62,323 bases of DNA, filler included, from Thermodesulfobacteriota bacterium (GCA_036381125.1; 4 parts of 4 records of this genome joined end to end with filler, not necessarily neighbours in it); one strand, 5' to 3'. Positions 28,848-39,348 are shown, numbered from the whole stretch's first letter. Notes: generated by a model not told the origin, from the sequence alone. Program-made: numbers and translations.

Positions 28848-31412
28848 TCACACGCCGGCGAGCGACAGCCGGCCGGCCCAGCGGCGGCGCACCGCCTCCT
28901 TCGTCCCGCGGTGCGCCGGATCGGAGAGGTCGGGGTCGCGCGCGACGAGGGCGAAGGCCGCCTCGCGCGCGGCGACGAGGAGCCGCTGATCGCGGAAGAG
29001 GTTGGCCACGCGGAAGTCGGGGACGCCGCTCTGGCGCGTGCCGAGGAAGTCGCCCGGACCCCGGATCTCGAGGTCGGCCTCGGCGATGCGGAAGCCGTCG
29101 GTCGTCCGCTCCATGACGGCCAGACGGCGCGCCGCCTCCTCGGTGCGCCGGCCGCTCGCCACGAGGAGGCAGGCCGACGCCTTGCTGCCGCGACCCACCC
29201 GGCCGCGGAGCTGGTGGAGCTGCGACAGGCCGAAGCGCTCGGCGTGCTCGATGACCATGAGCGTCGCGTTGGGCACGTCGATGCCGACCTCGATCACGGT
29301 GGTGGCCACGAGCAGGTCGAGCCGGCGGTCGCGAAAGGCCACCATGACCGACTCCTTCTCGTCGGCCCCCATGCGGCCGTGGAGGAGCCCGACGCGGACG
29401 CCGGGAAGCGCCTGCGCGAGGTCCTCGGCGGCCTGGGTCGCGTCCTTGAGGTTCGCAAGCTCGGGCGCCTCGGACTCCTCGACGAGCGGGTACACGACGT
29501 ACGCCTGCTCGCCGCGCGCGATGCGCGCGCGGATCGCCTCGAGCACCTCGCGCCGCTGCCCGGGCCAGATCACCCGGGTCTCTATGGGGCTTCGCCCGGG
29601 CGGCAGCTCGTCGAGGATCGAGACGTCGAGGTCGCCGTAGACCGTCATGGCGAGGGTTCGCGGGATGGGCGTCGCGGTCATGACGAGGAGGTGCGGCCGC
29701 TCCCCCTTCCTCGCGAGCGTGGCCCGCTGGGCCACGCCGAACCGGTGCTGCTCGTCGACGATGCCGAGGCCGAGGCGCCGGAACGCGACCTGGTCCTGGA
29801 TCACCGCGTGGGTGCCGACGACGAGGTGCGTGTCGCCCTGCTCGATCCGCCTGAGCACCTTCGCGCGCTCGGCCTTGCCCTGCGCGCCGGTGAGGAGCAG
29901 CACCTCGAGCCCGAGCGGGGCGAGGAGCCGGTGGGCCGTCAGGTAGTGCTGCTCGGCGAGCAGCTCCGTCGGCGCCATGAGCGCCGCCTGGTAGCCGCTC
30001 TCGACCGCAACCAGCGCCGCGACCAGCGCCACGAGCGTCTTGCCGCTCCCCACGTCTCCCTGCAGGAGGCGATGCATCGGGTGTCCGGAGGCGAGGTCGG
30101 CGGCGATCTCCCGCGCCGCCCGCTCCTGGGCCGCCGTGAGGGCGAAGGGGAGGCGCGCGCGCAGCCGGTCGACGAGCCGCCCGTCGCCCCGGAGCACCGG
30201 TGCCGGCTCGAGGGCGAGACCGCGGCGGCGCATGGCGAGCCCGAGCTGGAGGGCGAACAGCTCGTCCATGATGAGCGTCCGGTGGGCCGGGGTGCGGGCC
30301 GCGAGGTAGGCTGCCGTGTCGGCCTCCTCGGGCGGGAAGTGGACCGCCCGGAGCGCCTCGGGGAGGGGCAGGAGCGCGAGTTCCCCGGCGACGGCGGGCG
30401 GGATGCTCCCGCTCGCCGAGTCGGCGTAGGCGTCGACGACCGACTTGAGGATGCGGCGCAGCGTCTTCTGCGGGACCCCCTCGGCCTCTGAGTAGATCGG
30501 GACGATGCGGTTGAAGTGGACGGCGTCGCCCCCGCCGTCGGCCGGCTCGACGTCCGGGTGGACCATCGACAGCTTGCCGGCGAAGCGCTGGAGGTCGCCG
30601 GACAGGAGGACGCGGGTCCCCCTGGGGAACCGGCTCTGGAAGCCGCCGCCCGGCGGGTGGAACCAGCGGCCGTGCACGACCCCGCTGCCGTCGCTCACCG
30701 CCATCTCGTAGCCGCGACGGCGCCCCCCGAAGAACGCGACCCCCGAGGCGACGACCTCGCCGAGGATCACCACGCGCGTGCCGGGCTCGGCGGCCGCGAT
30801 CCGCACCGGGCGGCGGCGGTCCTCGTACGTGCGCGGGAGGAAGTAGAGCGCGTCCTCCACGGTGGCGAGCCCCTTGCGCGCCAGCGCCTCGGCGACCTTC
30901 GGCCCGACCCCCTTGATGAACTGCAACGGCGTGGACATCGGGTCGCCGGCCGGCGCGGGCGCGACGCGGACGGGCGCGGTCGCCGCGGTCCGGCGCCGCG
31001 CGGGCGCGACCGGCGAGCGCGAGCGCGCCGGCACGCGGGGCGCGGACGGGGGGCTCTCGACGCGTTGGGGCGCCGCAGGCGGCGCCTGGGGGGTCGGTGC
31101 GCCGACGGGCGCGTCCAGCAGCCGGCGCGCCGCCTCGACGCGCGCACGCCGGCCCTCCGCGCCCTCGCCGTCGAAGCCGGCGAGCGCCGCGCGGATCGCC
31201 TCGAGGCGCTCGCGGGCGGCGGCGTCCCGGGCGAGCGAGAGGCCGCGGTCGATCACCCGCTCGACCGTCCGCTCGAGGCCGCGCAGCGCCATGACGTTGG
31301 CGTAGTCGTTCCGGGCGGCGAACTCGAGCGGCCGCCGGATGGCGAGGAGGACGTCGTCGATCACCGCTCCGTCCCGCCGATTCACCGCCGCGTTCGCATC
31401 GACGACGATCAT
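28848..31412 (-). CDS. recG: ATP-dependent DNA helicase RecG
   Basis: LLQGDVGSGKT, MAPTELLAEQH, DEQHRFG, MTATPIPRTL, LHQLRGRVGRG, DLEIRGPG; start at 31412 (ATG) or 31364 (GTG). Confidence 0.95.
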   Translation of the reverse strand: MIVVDANAAVNRRDGAVIDDVLLAIRRPLEFAARNDYANVMALRGLERTVERVIDRGLSLARDAAARERLEAIRAALAGFDGEGAEGRRARVEAARRLLDAPVGAPTPQAPPAAPQRVESPPSAPRVPARSRSPVAPARRRTAATAPVRVAPAPAGDPMSTPLQFIKGVGPKVAEALARKGLATVEDALYFLPRTYEDRRRPVRIAAAEPGTRVVILGEVVASGVAFFGGRRRGYEMAVSDGSGVVHGRWFHPPGGGFQSRFPRGTRVLLSGDLQRFAGKLSMVHPDVEPADGGGDAVHFNRIVPIYSEAEGVPQKTLRRILKSVVDAYADSASGSIPPAVAGELALLPLPEALRAVHFPPEEADTAAYLAARTPAHRTLIMDELFALQLGLAMRRRGLALEPAPVLRGDGRLVDRLRARLPFALTAAQERAAREIAADLASGHPMHRLLQGDVGSGKTLVALVAALVAVESGYQAALMAPTELLAEQHYLTAHRLLAPLGLEVLLLTGAQGKAERAKVLRRIEQGDTHLVVGTHAVIQDQVAFRRLGLGIVDEQHRFGVAQRATLARKGERPHLLVMTATPIPRTLAMTVYGDLDVSILDELPPGRSPIETRVIWPGQRREVLEAIRARIARGEQAYVVYPLVEESEAPELANLKDATQAAEDLAQALPGVRVGLLHGRMGADEKESVMVAFRDRRLDLLVATTVIEVGIDVPNATLMVIEHAERFGLSQLHQLRGRVGRGSKASACLLVASGRRTEEAARRLAVMERTTDGFRIAEADLEIRGPGDFLGTRQSGVPDFRVANLFRDQRLLVAAREAAFALVARDPDLSDPAHRGTKEAVRRRWAGRLSLAGV

Positions 31413-31651
31413 CCCCGAGCGTGGCGGTCGTCGCGGATGAGGGCCGTCGTGTCGGGCAAGAGGCCGTAGCGCCGCTGCAGGTCCTCGCGGAGTCGCGCGG
31501 CTCGTCGGGCGAAACGGGTCGGCGGCCGGGACGCGGCCTCCGTGAGGCGCCTGCGCAACTCCTCCTCGAGGCTGTGCCCGGCAGCCTCGGCGCGAGAGCG
31601 GTGGGTCGCGACCACCCGGTCGACCACCTTCCGGATCTTGATGTCTGCCAT
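31409..31651 (-). CDS. FitA/VapB-like ribbon-helix-helix antitoxin
   Basis: MADIKIRKV...RAEAAGHSLEEELRRRL...DTTALIRDDR pattern; RBS GAGGGG. Confidence 0.7.
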   Translation of the reverse strand: MADIKIRKVVDRVVATHRSRAEAAGHSLEEELRRRLTEAASRPPTRFARRAARLREDLQRRYGLLPDTTALIRDDRHARG

Positions 31652-31772
31652 GGGCCCCTCCGAACGGCCCGCATTGTGCCCCCATGGGGGCACCCGGGCA
31701 AGGACTTCGGCGAGGGCGACCGAGAGACGCCCCGGCGCCGCCGGGGGCGGCGCCGGGGCGGGAGGTGGGCCG

Positions 31773-31932
31773 CTAATCGAAGGAGATGTCGAGGATCTCG
31801 TACTCCTTGATGCCCGAGGGCACCTTGACCCGCACGGTGTCGTCGAGGCCGTGGCCGATGAGGGCCCGGCCAACCGGCGAGGAGATGGAGATCTTCCCGC
31901 TCTTGATGTCGGCCTCGTCGGCGCCGACGATC
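31773..31932 (-). CDS. greA: Transcription elongation factor GreA, C-terminal part
   Basis: Manual translation [26 protein letters not shown]...[18 protein letters not shown]; truncated by the linker. Confidence 0.88.
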
Positions 31933-32032
31933 NNNNNNNNNNNNNNNNNNNNNNNNNNNNNNNNNNNNNNNNNNNNTTAATTAATTAANNNNNNNNNNNN
32001 NNNNNNNNNNNNNNNNNNNNNNNNNNNNNNNN
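31933..32032. other. Artificial contig linker
   Basis: N-run / TTAATTAATTAA / N-run. Confidence 0.98.
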
Positions 32033-33141
32033 TCGGCGATCTCGGCGAGCGCCTCGGCGTCGCCGCCGGCCTCCTCGAGCGCCCTCTCGAAGAGCCGGGC
32101 CGCCTCGGCGCGCGCCCCGAGCGCGGCCCGCGCCCGCGCGACGAGCGCCTTCACGCGGGCCGGACCGGCCGGCCCGAGCGTGGCCGGCCGCTCGAGCGCG
32201 GCGAGCCGCTCGAGCGCCCGCTCGCTCTCCCCGGCCAGGAGCCGCGCGCGCGCCGCGGCGAACGCCGCCGCCTCGCGCAGGTTCGGGTGCTCGCCGATCG
32301 CCAGCGCCGCCTCGAGGTGCCCGGCCGCCGCCGCGACGTACGCCTCGGCCATGAGCCGCAAGACCGCCACGTCGTAGTACGCCACGGAGAGGAGGGCGCC
32401 GGGCGCCTCGGCGGAGGCCGGTCGGTGGGCCGCCGGCTCCTCGAGGAGGCTCAGGGCGTCGTCGACCCGCCCCGCGGCCAGCCGCGCGCCGGCCGCCGCG
32501 CGGAGGACCGACGCGGGCGGATCGCCGGCCGATCGGGACGCCTTCGCGAGCGCCCTATCGGCGATCGCCATGCCTCGGGCCGGGTCCTTGCCGAGGGTCG
32601 CCAGGAGGTAGCCGGCCTCGACCGCCACGCGCGGGTCGCGCGGCGCCGCGCCGGGCGACGCGAAGCGCCCCTGGAGGGCCCGGAGCCTCAGGTCCGCAAG
32701 CTGCCTCGTGACGCGATCCTCCCCCGTCGCGCTCGCCGGGATCGCGCGCAGCGCCGCCCGGAACGCGGCCGCCGCGCCGTCTCGGTCGCCGAGCTCCATG
32801 CGGGCGACGCCGAGGAAGTACGCCGCGCGCCTGAGCGGCGTCGGCCCGGCGGCGAGGCGCGCGAGGTGATCGGCCGCGTGGCGGCGTGCGGCGAGCCCGA
32901 CCTCGGCCAGGAGCTCCCCCTTGCGCAGCTCGAGGCGGCCGAGCAGGTAGAGCGCCTCCGCCCGCACGGGTGAGGGCGCCTCCCCCATCCGGGCGAGCGC
33001 CTCGCGGAGGACCCGGATGCCGGGGTCGAACCGGCCGGAGCGGTAGGCCTCGGCCGCCGGCACGCGGAAGTCGGCGCCGTGCGCCGCGGCCGGCGCGGCG
33101 GCGAGCAGGGCGAGCAGCAGAGCGAGGGGACGCGCGATCAT
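32033..33141 (-). CDS. Secreted helical/TPR-like hypothetical protein (3' end truncated)
   Basis: Signal peptide MIARPLALLLALLAAAPAAA; TPR-like EALYLLGRL and AAYFLGVARMELGD; overlaps the upstream stop. Confidence 0.65.
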
Positions 33142-34328
33142 CGTCGGGCCTCCGGGGCCTCGGCGGCCGTGGCGGCGACGAGATCGCGCAGGCGGCCCGT
33201 CAGCACGCGGTCCCACCGCGCGACCTGGGCGCGCAGCGCGAGGCGGCCGTCCGGCGCGAGCGCCACGTCATGGTGGATGGACTGGCCCGTGACGAGGCGG
33301 CGCGCCGTCCGCGCCGCCAGATCGGCCAGGTAGAGCGGGTTGAAGTCGCGATCGACCCGCTTCGCGTAGACGAGGCCGCCGCCGTCGGGCGTGAAGGCCG
33401 GCCCGACGTCGAGGTCGACGACGACGCCGGTGTCGACGCGGCGGGCGAGGAGCGCCTCGCCCTTGACCGGGTCGCTCCCGTCGGCGGCGACGACGAAGAG
33501 CGACCACACCCCGGGCTCGCCCTCGGCGTTGTAGCTCGAGTAGAAAGCGATCCGGCGGCCGTCGGGCGACCAGCGCGGCCTGAGGTCGTCGAACGGCCAC
33601 GCCGTGAGGCAGCGTCGAGCGGGCGCCCGGCCCGCCGCCTCGCCCGCCGGGACGTCCATCACGCACACGTCGTGGTTCTCGCCCTCGCCGACGGCGAAGG
33701 CGAGCCGCCGGCCGTCGGGCGACCACTCCGGGTGGAGGACCGAGCGCCCCTCGGCCGTGAGGCGCGTGACGGCGCGCGTCGCCAGGTCGAGCAGGTAGAG
33801 GTCGCCCCGGTCGGTCCGTCCCGACACGAACGCGAGCCGGTCGCCGACGGGCGACCAGGCGACCTGGCCGTCGGCGGCCGCGTCGTTCGTGAGGCGCTCG
33901 GCCGCGCCGCCGCGCCCCACCGCGCTCAGGTACAGGTCGTACTGGCCGATGCCGCCGCTGCTCACGAAGGCGAAGCGGCTCTCGTCCGGCGCCCAGGCGA
34001 TCCAGGCGTTGTAGGTCGACCCCTGCGCCGCGCCGTCGAGGAGGAAGCCGAGCCCGTCCGCCGCCGGCCTGAGGGCCAGCGTCTCGACCAGGCGCAGCCC
34101 CGGCCCCGGGTCGGCCGCGTACACCTCGACCGTCCGGCTCGTGCCGTCGTCCCGCTCGAGCGACAGGTAGCGCCCGGTCGGGGACCACCGCGGGTGAAGC
34201 TCGTTCGAGCCCGCGCCCGCGGCCGAGACCGGCGTCAGGAGCTCGACGGCGGACGCGAGCGCCGCGACGGCGAGGGACAGCGCCGCCGCGGCGCAGACCC
34301 CCGTCACGCTCCGGAGGACGGCGTTCAC
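33138..34328 (-). CDS. TolB-like PD40 beta-propeller protein
   Basis: Repeated PRWSPTG, WAPDE, WSPVG, WSPDG and FTPDG motifs; signal peptide; GTG start overlaps the upstream stop. Confidence 0.8.
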   Translation of the reverse strand: MNAVLRSVTGVCAAAALSLAVAALASAVELLTPVSAAGAGSNELHPRWSPTGRYLSLERDDGTSRTVEVYAADPGPGLRLVETLALRPAADGLGFLLDGAAQGSTYNAWIAWAPDESRFAFVSSGGIGQYDLYLSAVGRGGAAERLTNDAAADGQVAWSPVGDRLAFVSGRTDRGDLYLLDLATRAVTRLTAEGRSVLHPEWSPDGRRLAFAVGEGENHDVCVMDVPAGEAAGRAPARRCLTAWPFDDLRPRWSPDGRRIAFYSSYNAEGEPGVWSLFVVAADGSDPVKGEALLARRVDTGVVVDLDVGPAFTPDGGGLVYAKRVDRDFNPLYLADLAARTARRLVTGQSIHHDVALAPDGRLALRAQVARWDRVLTGRLRDLVAATAAEAPEARR

Positions 34329-36754
34329 GACGCCTTCCGCCGCGCCTCGGCGTAGAACTGCTCGCCCCCCTCGCGCGCCTTGTCGAAGGGCGGGTTCCCC
34401 TCGAGCCGCCGCGGGAAGAAGTCGAGGTAGTCGCGCCAGGCCAGCTCCGCCCGTCGGTACGCCTCGCCCGATCGGGTGAGGTCGGCCAGGCGGTGGCTCG
34501 CGAGCGCCGCGTAGTAGTACGTGTCGTGCACCGCCTCGTCGTACGTCGCGCTCGGGAAGAAGCGGCTGTTCTGGCGTGCCGTGGCGAGCACCTCGATCGC
34601 CCGGCGATACGCGCGGGCCGCCGCCTCCGGGTCGCGGCGGGCGAGCTGCTGGCCGTGGACGTAGTACGCGTGGCCGAGATTGGTGTACACCACGGCGAAG
34701 CGCTTCTGGACCAGGTCGCGGTTCTCCGGCCGCGAGAGGACCTTCTCGAACTCGGCGATGGCCGCCGCCGGGTCCTTCCGCTCGTCGAGGTAGAGCTGCC
34801 CGAGCCTGTGGCGAGCCGCCGAGAAGTCGGGGTGCTTCGGCCCCGCCTGCGCGAGAACCGCCATCGCCTCGTCCGGCCGGCCCTCGGCGAGGAGCCGCTC
34901 GCCGATCCGGAGGACGTCCTTCTCGAGCACGACCCGGTCGGGGCCGACCAGGGCGACCTCGGCGCGCGCGAACTCGATCACCCGGTCCATCGGCCGGAAG
35001 TCGCCGCCCGCGTCCACCCTGACCCGCCGGAAGCCGAGGCGGACCGGCACCGGCTCGGTGATCGGCGTCCGCCCCACGCTCTCGCCGTCCACCGCCACGG
35101 CGGCCTCGGAGGGGGCCGACTCGACCGTGAAGCGGGCGACTGCAGGGGCGATGGCGAGCACGCGCTCCCCGCCGGCCTGCGGGAAGCTGACCGTCTCCCG
35201 GAGCTGGACGAAGCCGTGCTTGAAGACCAGCAGGTCGTACTTCCGGCGGGGGCGGATCGGCAGCGTGAGACCGCCGTCGCGGCCGGTCGCGCCGACCCAC
35301 GCTCCGTCGACGTAGACGTTGGCCGCCGGGACCGGCTCGTCGTCGCCCTCGGCCCGCACCACGAGCCGCACGGCGCCGGTCGCGCCGACCGTCGGGTCGT
35401 CGAGGAGCGCCCGCACGACCCGGTCGCCCGGCTGGAGGGTCGCCTGCGCCGACTCGGGCCTGATCTCCGACACCAGCTCGTCGACTCGCGTGACGGTCCC
35501 GAGACCGACCTCGCGGCGCCCCGTCACCCGGCCTTCGCCGTCCGCCTCGGCCACGAAGAGGTGGAAGCGGGTGCCGGTCTCGATCTCCCGGCCGCCCCCG
35601 GCGCCGATGTTCACGCGCAGCCGGCCGTCGCGCGCCTCGAGGACGGTCCCCTCGAAGGGGAACCGCGCCACGATCTCCTCGGCGAGGTCGCGCGTGAGGT
35701 CACGGGGCCGCTTGAGATCGCGCGCCTCCTTCACGTGCGCGAGCAGGAGCCGGCCGCTCGGCGTGTAGACGCGCGTCTCGATGGTGAACGGCCCCTCGGC
35801 CGGCCCGGCCACGGAGCCGACGACGAGGAGGTCGAGTTGCGAGCGCAGCGGCGTCCCGTCCCACCCTCGCTGCGCCAGGTCGTCGAGCCCGAGACCGACG
35901 AAGGCGAGCTTCTTGTCGAGGGCCGGCACCTCGACGAACGCCTTGCGGGCGAAGAGCGCGTCGCCGAGCGACTCCCGGAGCCTGGCGATGCCGTCGGCCA
36001 CCGCCGGATCGGCTCCGGCGCTGGCCGAGTAGCCGGCGAGCCCGACGCGAATCGGGGCGGGCGTGACCGGGTAGAAGAAGCGGCGGATCTCGCGCGGGCG
36101 GCGCGCCTTCGCGCCGATCTCCATGGTCCAGCGGGTCGGCACGAAGTCGTCGGCCACCAGGACGATCCGCGTCGCCTCGCCGGCCGGCGGCAGCGTCACG
36201 CGGGTGACGCCCTTCGCGTTCGTCGTGCCGACCAGCGTGTCGCCGAGGTAGACCCGGACGCCGGCCACCGGCCGCTCCGAGCCGAACACGTCGGTGAGCG
36301 TCCGGACGAGCACCCGCTCGCCGCGCGGCCGCGGAGCGGGTGCGCGCCGCCCGGCGCCCGCCGGGGCCGACCGCGTCGGCGGCTCGGCCGGAGCCGGCCG
36401 GCTCGCCACCCGTTCCGGCGCCGGCTTCGGCCGCGCCAGGCGCGCCTCGAGCCGCACCAGGTCGGGCTCGCCCCCCTCGTGCCGGCGGACCACGAAGCTG
36501 CCGTGCCAGCGGGCGCCGCCGTGCTCGACCGTCACCGGCACCTCCTCGCCGGGCAGCCGTCGCTCCTCGACGGCGATCGTCCCCGCGCGGTCGGTCGCCC
36601 CGACCGGTCGGCCGCCGACCGTGACGTTCGCGCCTGCCACGGCGCCGCCGTCGGCGCCCTTCGCCGTGACCGTGAGCTTGACCGTGACCTCGTCGCGGCC
36701 GCACCCGGCGAGGGTGAGGACGCCGGCGAGCAGGGCCGCCATCAGGATCCGCAT
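34325..36754 (-). CDS. Large lipoprotein with beta-sandwich, FlgT-C/CsgG-associated-like, PEGA and TPR regions
   Basis: Lipobox LAGC; VESAPSEAAVAVDGESVGRTP (PEGA); FPFEGTVL...VNIG...GDRVVR; C-terminal TPR helices. Confidence 0.7.
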   Translation of the reverse strand: MRILMAALLAGVLTLAGCGRDEVTVKLTVTAKGADGGAVAGANVTVGGRPVGATDRAGTIAVEERRLPGEEVPVTVEHGGARWHGSFVVRRHEGGEPDLVRLEARLARPKPAPERVASRPAPAEPPTRSAPAGAGRRAPAPRPRGERVLVRTLTDVFGSERPVAGVRVYLGDTLVGTTNAKGVTRVTLPPAGEATRIVLVADDFVPTRWTMEIGAKARRPREIRRFFYPVTPAPIRVGLAGYSASAGADPAVADGIARLRESLGDALFARKAFVEVPALDKKLAFVGLGLDDLAQRGWDGTPLRSQLDLLVVGSVAGPAEGPFTIETRVYTPSGRLLLAHVKEARDLKRPRDLTRDLAEEIVARFPFEGTVLEARDGRLRVNIGAGGGREIETGTRFHLFVAEADGEGRVTGRREVGLGTVTRVDELVSEIRPESAQATLQPGDRVVRALLDDPTVGATGAVRLVVRAEGDDEPVPAANVYVDGAWVGATGRDGGLTLPIRPRRKYDLLVFKHGFVQLRETVSFPQAGGERVLAIAPAVARFTVESAPSEAAVAVDGESVGRTPITEPVPVRLGFRRVRVDAGGDFRPMDRVIEFARAEVALVGPDRVVLEKDVLRIGERLLAEGRPDEAMAVLAQAGPKHPDFSAARHRLGQLYLDERKDPAAAIAEFEKVLSRPENRDLVQKRFAVVYTNLGHAYYVHGQQLARRDPEAAARAYRRAIEVLATARQNSRFFPSATYDEAVHDTYYYAALASHRLADLTRSGEAYRRAELAWRDYLDFFPRRLEGNPPFDKAREGGEQFYAEARRKAS

Positions 36755-36841
36755 GTGGTGCGCTCCTCGAGCTGGGCGTTGCGCCCGACTGTGCCGTCCC
36801 GGCCACCGCGTGGTCCGGGCCGGCAACCTCCCAGGAAAGGC

Positions 36842-37288
36842 CTAGAACGGCGGCGGCGCGATGGAGACGTCGCCCCGGTCGACGATCTTGTCCTCCTCGA
36901 CCGACGACTCGGCGAGGCTGCGGCGTTCGCCCTCGGGGATCCGGGTGAGGCGAGCGTCGACCTTCAGGCTGCGGAACTTCTTCAGCTCGCCCTGCTGGGT
37001 GACGGTGACGAAGCCCGGTCGGCTCACCTCGACCTTGTACACGCCCGGCGGGAGGTCCTTCTTGACGAAGGAGCCGTCCGGGCCGACCGGGGCCGTGTGC
37101 GAGGCCTGGTCGATCGTCGCCGTCGTGCCGATGATGTTCACGAACGACTCCTGCGGCGCCGCCTCCTCGACCGGCAGCGGCGCGCCCGACTCGTCCAGGA
37201 GCGAGACCCGCCCGACGATCTGCGTGGCGCAGCCGCCGGCGGCCAGGGCGGCAGTCACGACGAGGACGAGCACAAGCGTCCGGCCCAT
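36842..37288 (-). CDS. Lipoprotein with carboxypeptidase-regulatory-like domain
   Basis: Lipobox AGGC; DGSFVKKDLPPGVYKVEVSRPGF. Confidence 0.72.
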   Translation of the reverse strand: MGRTLVLVLVVTAALAAGGCATQIVGRVSLLDESGAPLPVEEAAPQESFVNIIGTTATIDQASHTAPVGPDGSFVKKDLPPGVYKVEVSRPGFVTVTQQGELKKFRSLKVDARLTRIPEGERRSLAESSVEEDKIVDRGDVSIAPPPF

Positions 37289-37289
37289 G

Positions 37290-38417
37290 TCAGTCTCCTT
37301 CGGCGACCCGCCAGCGGAGTTCTCCCGTGGCGGCGTCGACGGCGTAGAGGAAGCCTTCGTCCGTGGCGGCGAGGACCAGGGCGCCCGTCGCCACGGGGGA
37401 GCGGGTCACCGCCCCGCGAAGCTCGTACGGCGAGGCGGCGCGCGCGGCGCGGATCTCCTCGGGCGACAGGCCCCGCTCCCGCTCGACGAGCCGTCGCACC
37501 AGCTCGCGCGCGAAGCTCTTGCCGAGCGTCTCGGTGAGCCGCCAGGCGACCCGCCCGGTCGCCAGGTCGAGGGCGACGAGATCGCGCCCGCCGATGTAGA
37601 GGCGCCCGCCCCCGGCCGTCGGCTCGGGGACGTCCGGCGCCGCCTCGAACGTCCACGCCGGCCGTGCCTCGAGCCCGGGTGCCGGCGGCAGGCGGTAGCC
37701 CGCGAGCGTCCCGTCCTCGAGCCGTGCGACCACCCGGTCGCCACCGCCGGCGTCGCGCTCGGCGACGAGCCCCCCGTCGACCGGGCGGGGCAGGTCCACC
37801 AGGAGACGCGTCTGGCCGGTCTCGAGGTCGAGCCCGGTGAGCCGGCCGTCGAGCGCGGCGATATACACGACCCCCCCGGCGGTCGCTGTACGCGCGGTCA
37901 CACGTCCGGAGACCGCCGCGCGCCAGCGGACCCGCCCGTCGGCCGTGACGGCCAGCACGTCTCGCTGACGCGTTGCGGCAACGAGCGTCTCTCCGGCCGC
38001 GGTCGGCCGACCGGTGATCGGCCCGCCGGCATCGACCGTCCAGGCGACCGCGCCGGTCGCCGGGTCGACGGCCACGAGCGCCGAGACGGAGGTCCCGACC
38101 GCCACGAGCGCGCCGAAGGCGACCGGCGGCGTCGGCCGGCCGTCGAGCGGAAGCCGCCACGCCGGCAGGCCGGTGGCCGCGTCGAACGCCGCCAGGCCGT
38201 CGGGCAGGGCCGCCACGGCACGCCCGCCCACGAGGGTGACGCCGAGCGGCCGCCCCTCGAGCGGCGCGCGCCAGACCACCTGCCCGCCCTCGGAGACCGC
38301 GACGACGGCGTGACCGCGCGCCGAGGGCATGACCGCGAAGGGGGTCGCCGCCCCCGCGTCGACCGCCGCGACGAGCGCGACGAGCGCAGCCGCGGCGGCG
38401 GTCGGGCCGCGCCTCAC
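37290..38417 (-). CDS. PQQ-like (BamB-type) beta-propeller protein
   Basis: Repeated AFDAATG..W, AVDPATG..W, ALDLATG..W and AVDAATGELRW; GTG start overlaps the upstream stop. Confidence 0.75.
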   Translation of the reverse strand: MRRGPTAAAAALVALVAAVDAGAATPFAVMPSARGHAVVAVSEGGQVVWRAPLEGRPLGVTLVGGRAVAALPDGLAAFDAATGLPAWRLPLDGRPTPPVAFGALVAVGTSVSALVAVDPATGAVAWTVDAGGPITGRPTAAGETLVAATRQRDVLAVTADGRVRWRAAVSGRVTARTATAGGVVYIAALDGRLTGLDLETGQTRLLVDLPRPVDGGLVAERDAGGGDRVVARLEDGTLAGYRLPPAPGLEARPAWTFEAAPDVPEPTAGGGRLYIGGRDLVALDLATGRVAWRLTETLGKSFARELVRRLVERERGLSPEEIRAARAASPYELRGAVTRSPVATGALVLAATDEGFLYAVDAATGELRWRVAEGD

Positions 38418-38992
38418 CGGGGGCGCTCGACCAGCCGCGTCGCGATGTAGCCGGGCCCTTTCGTCGCCGGGTCCCAGACCCGGGACCAGGCGCCTTCGGT
38501 GCGCAGGAGCCTGAGCGGCTCGCCGCGCTCGAGCACGCGGATGATGGAAGTCTTCGTCGAGGGGCCGCTTCGCAGGCGTGCGCCGCTCCGCGCGGCGGTC
38601 ACGAGCGCCAGCTCGCCGACCGGCACCGGGGCGACCGAGGGGGCCGGCGCGACCTTCGCGCGCGACGCGGCGCGCTTCTCGATCCACCCCGCCATCGCGA
38701 CCGACGGCACCCAGACGCGGTACCAGGGCCCGCGCGCGTCGAGGTGGAGGACGATCTCGCCCTGCTTGAGGGCGCCGAAGGGCCTGGCGCGCGGCATCGG
38801 CTCCTGCCTGAGCCCGGTGGCGCGCGTGACGGTCAGCGCCCCGAGCTCCGCGGCGCCGACCGTGTCCGGCGCGCGCGGCGGCGCCGGCGCGGGAGCGCCC
38901 GCCGTCTCGCCGGCGCCGTCGGGCGGCGTCCCCATGGCCGCGCAGCCCGAGATCGCGACGACGACCATGAGGGCGAGAAGCGGTCGTGGCAT
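38414..38992 (-). CDS. Lipoprotein with two bacterial SH3 domains
   Basis: Lipobox ISGC; LRQEP...WYRV...GWI and LRSGPST...WSRV...GYI. Confidence 0.8.
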   Translation of the reverse strand: MPRPLLALMVVVAISGCAAMGTPPDGAGETAGAPAPAPPRAPDTVGAAELGALTVTRATGLRQEPMPRARPFGALKQGEIVLHLDARGPWYRVWVPSVAMAGWIEKRAASRAKVAPAPSVAPVPVGELALVTAARSGARLRSGPSTKTSIIRVLERGEPLRLLRTEGAWSRVWDPATKGPGYIATRLVERPR

Positions 38993-39348
38993 CGCGGCAT
39001 CACCTCCGTGGCGCAGGGTCGTGGGCGCCTCGTGGGGAGCAGGACGCGTGCCGAGCCGGCCGCCGGCCGCCGGGTTGCCGCACCCGACCGGGTCGCTCGG
39101 GGTTTCCGATGGTTCGGATGACGTCCCCTTGCGGCCGGTCCCGTCGGTCGCGGCGGCCCGGCCGACGCGCGGGAAACTCTTGCGAGGCGCTGCCGCGCCG
39201 CGGCACCAGGTCGGGCGCCGCGGCGGCGCCCTTGCCGGGCGCGGCGGTTCGTGGCAGCTGGGCCCGACCCCGCTGGAGGCGCGCGCCGTGAACCTCGCCC
39301 CTCCTCCTCGCGGCGTGGGGAGGGCTGCACTACGGGTCGACGGCGGGG

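Noticed and set aside
33138..38417. Canonical tolB and bamB
   Set aside because: No TolB N-terminal domain or pal/tolQRA genes, and no bam context; only the propeller folds are supported
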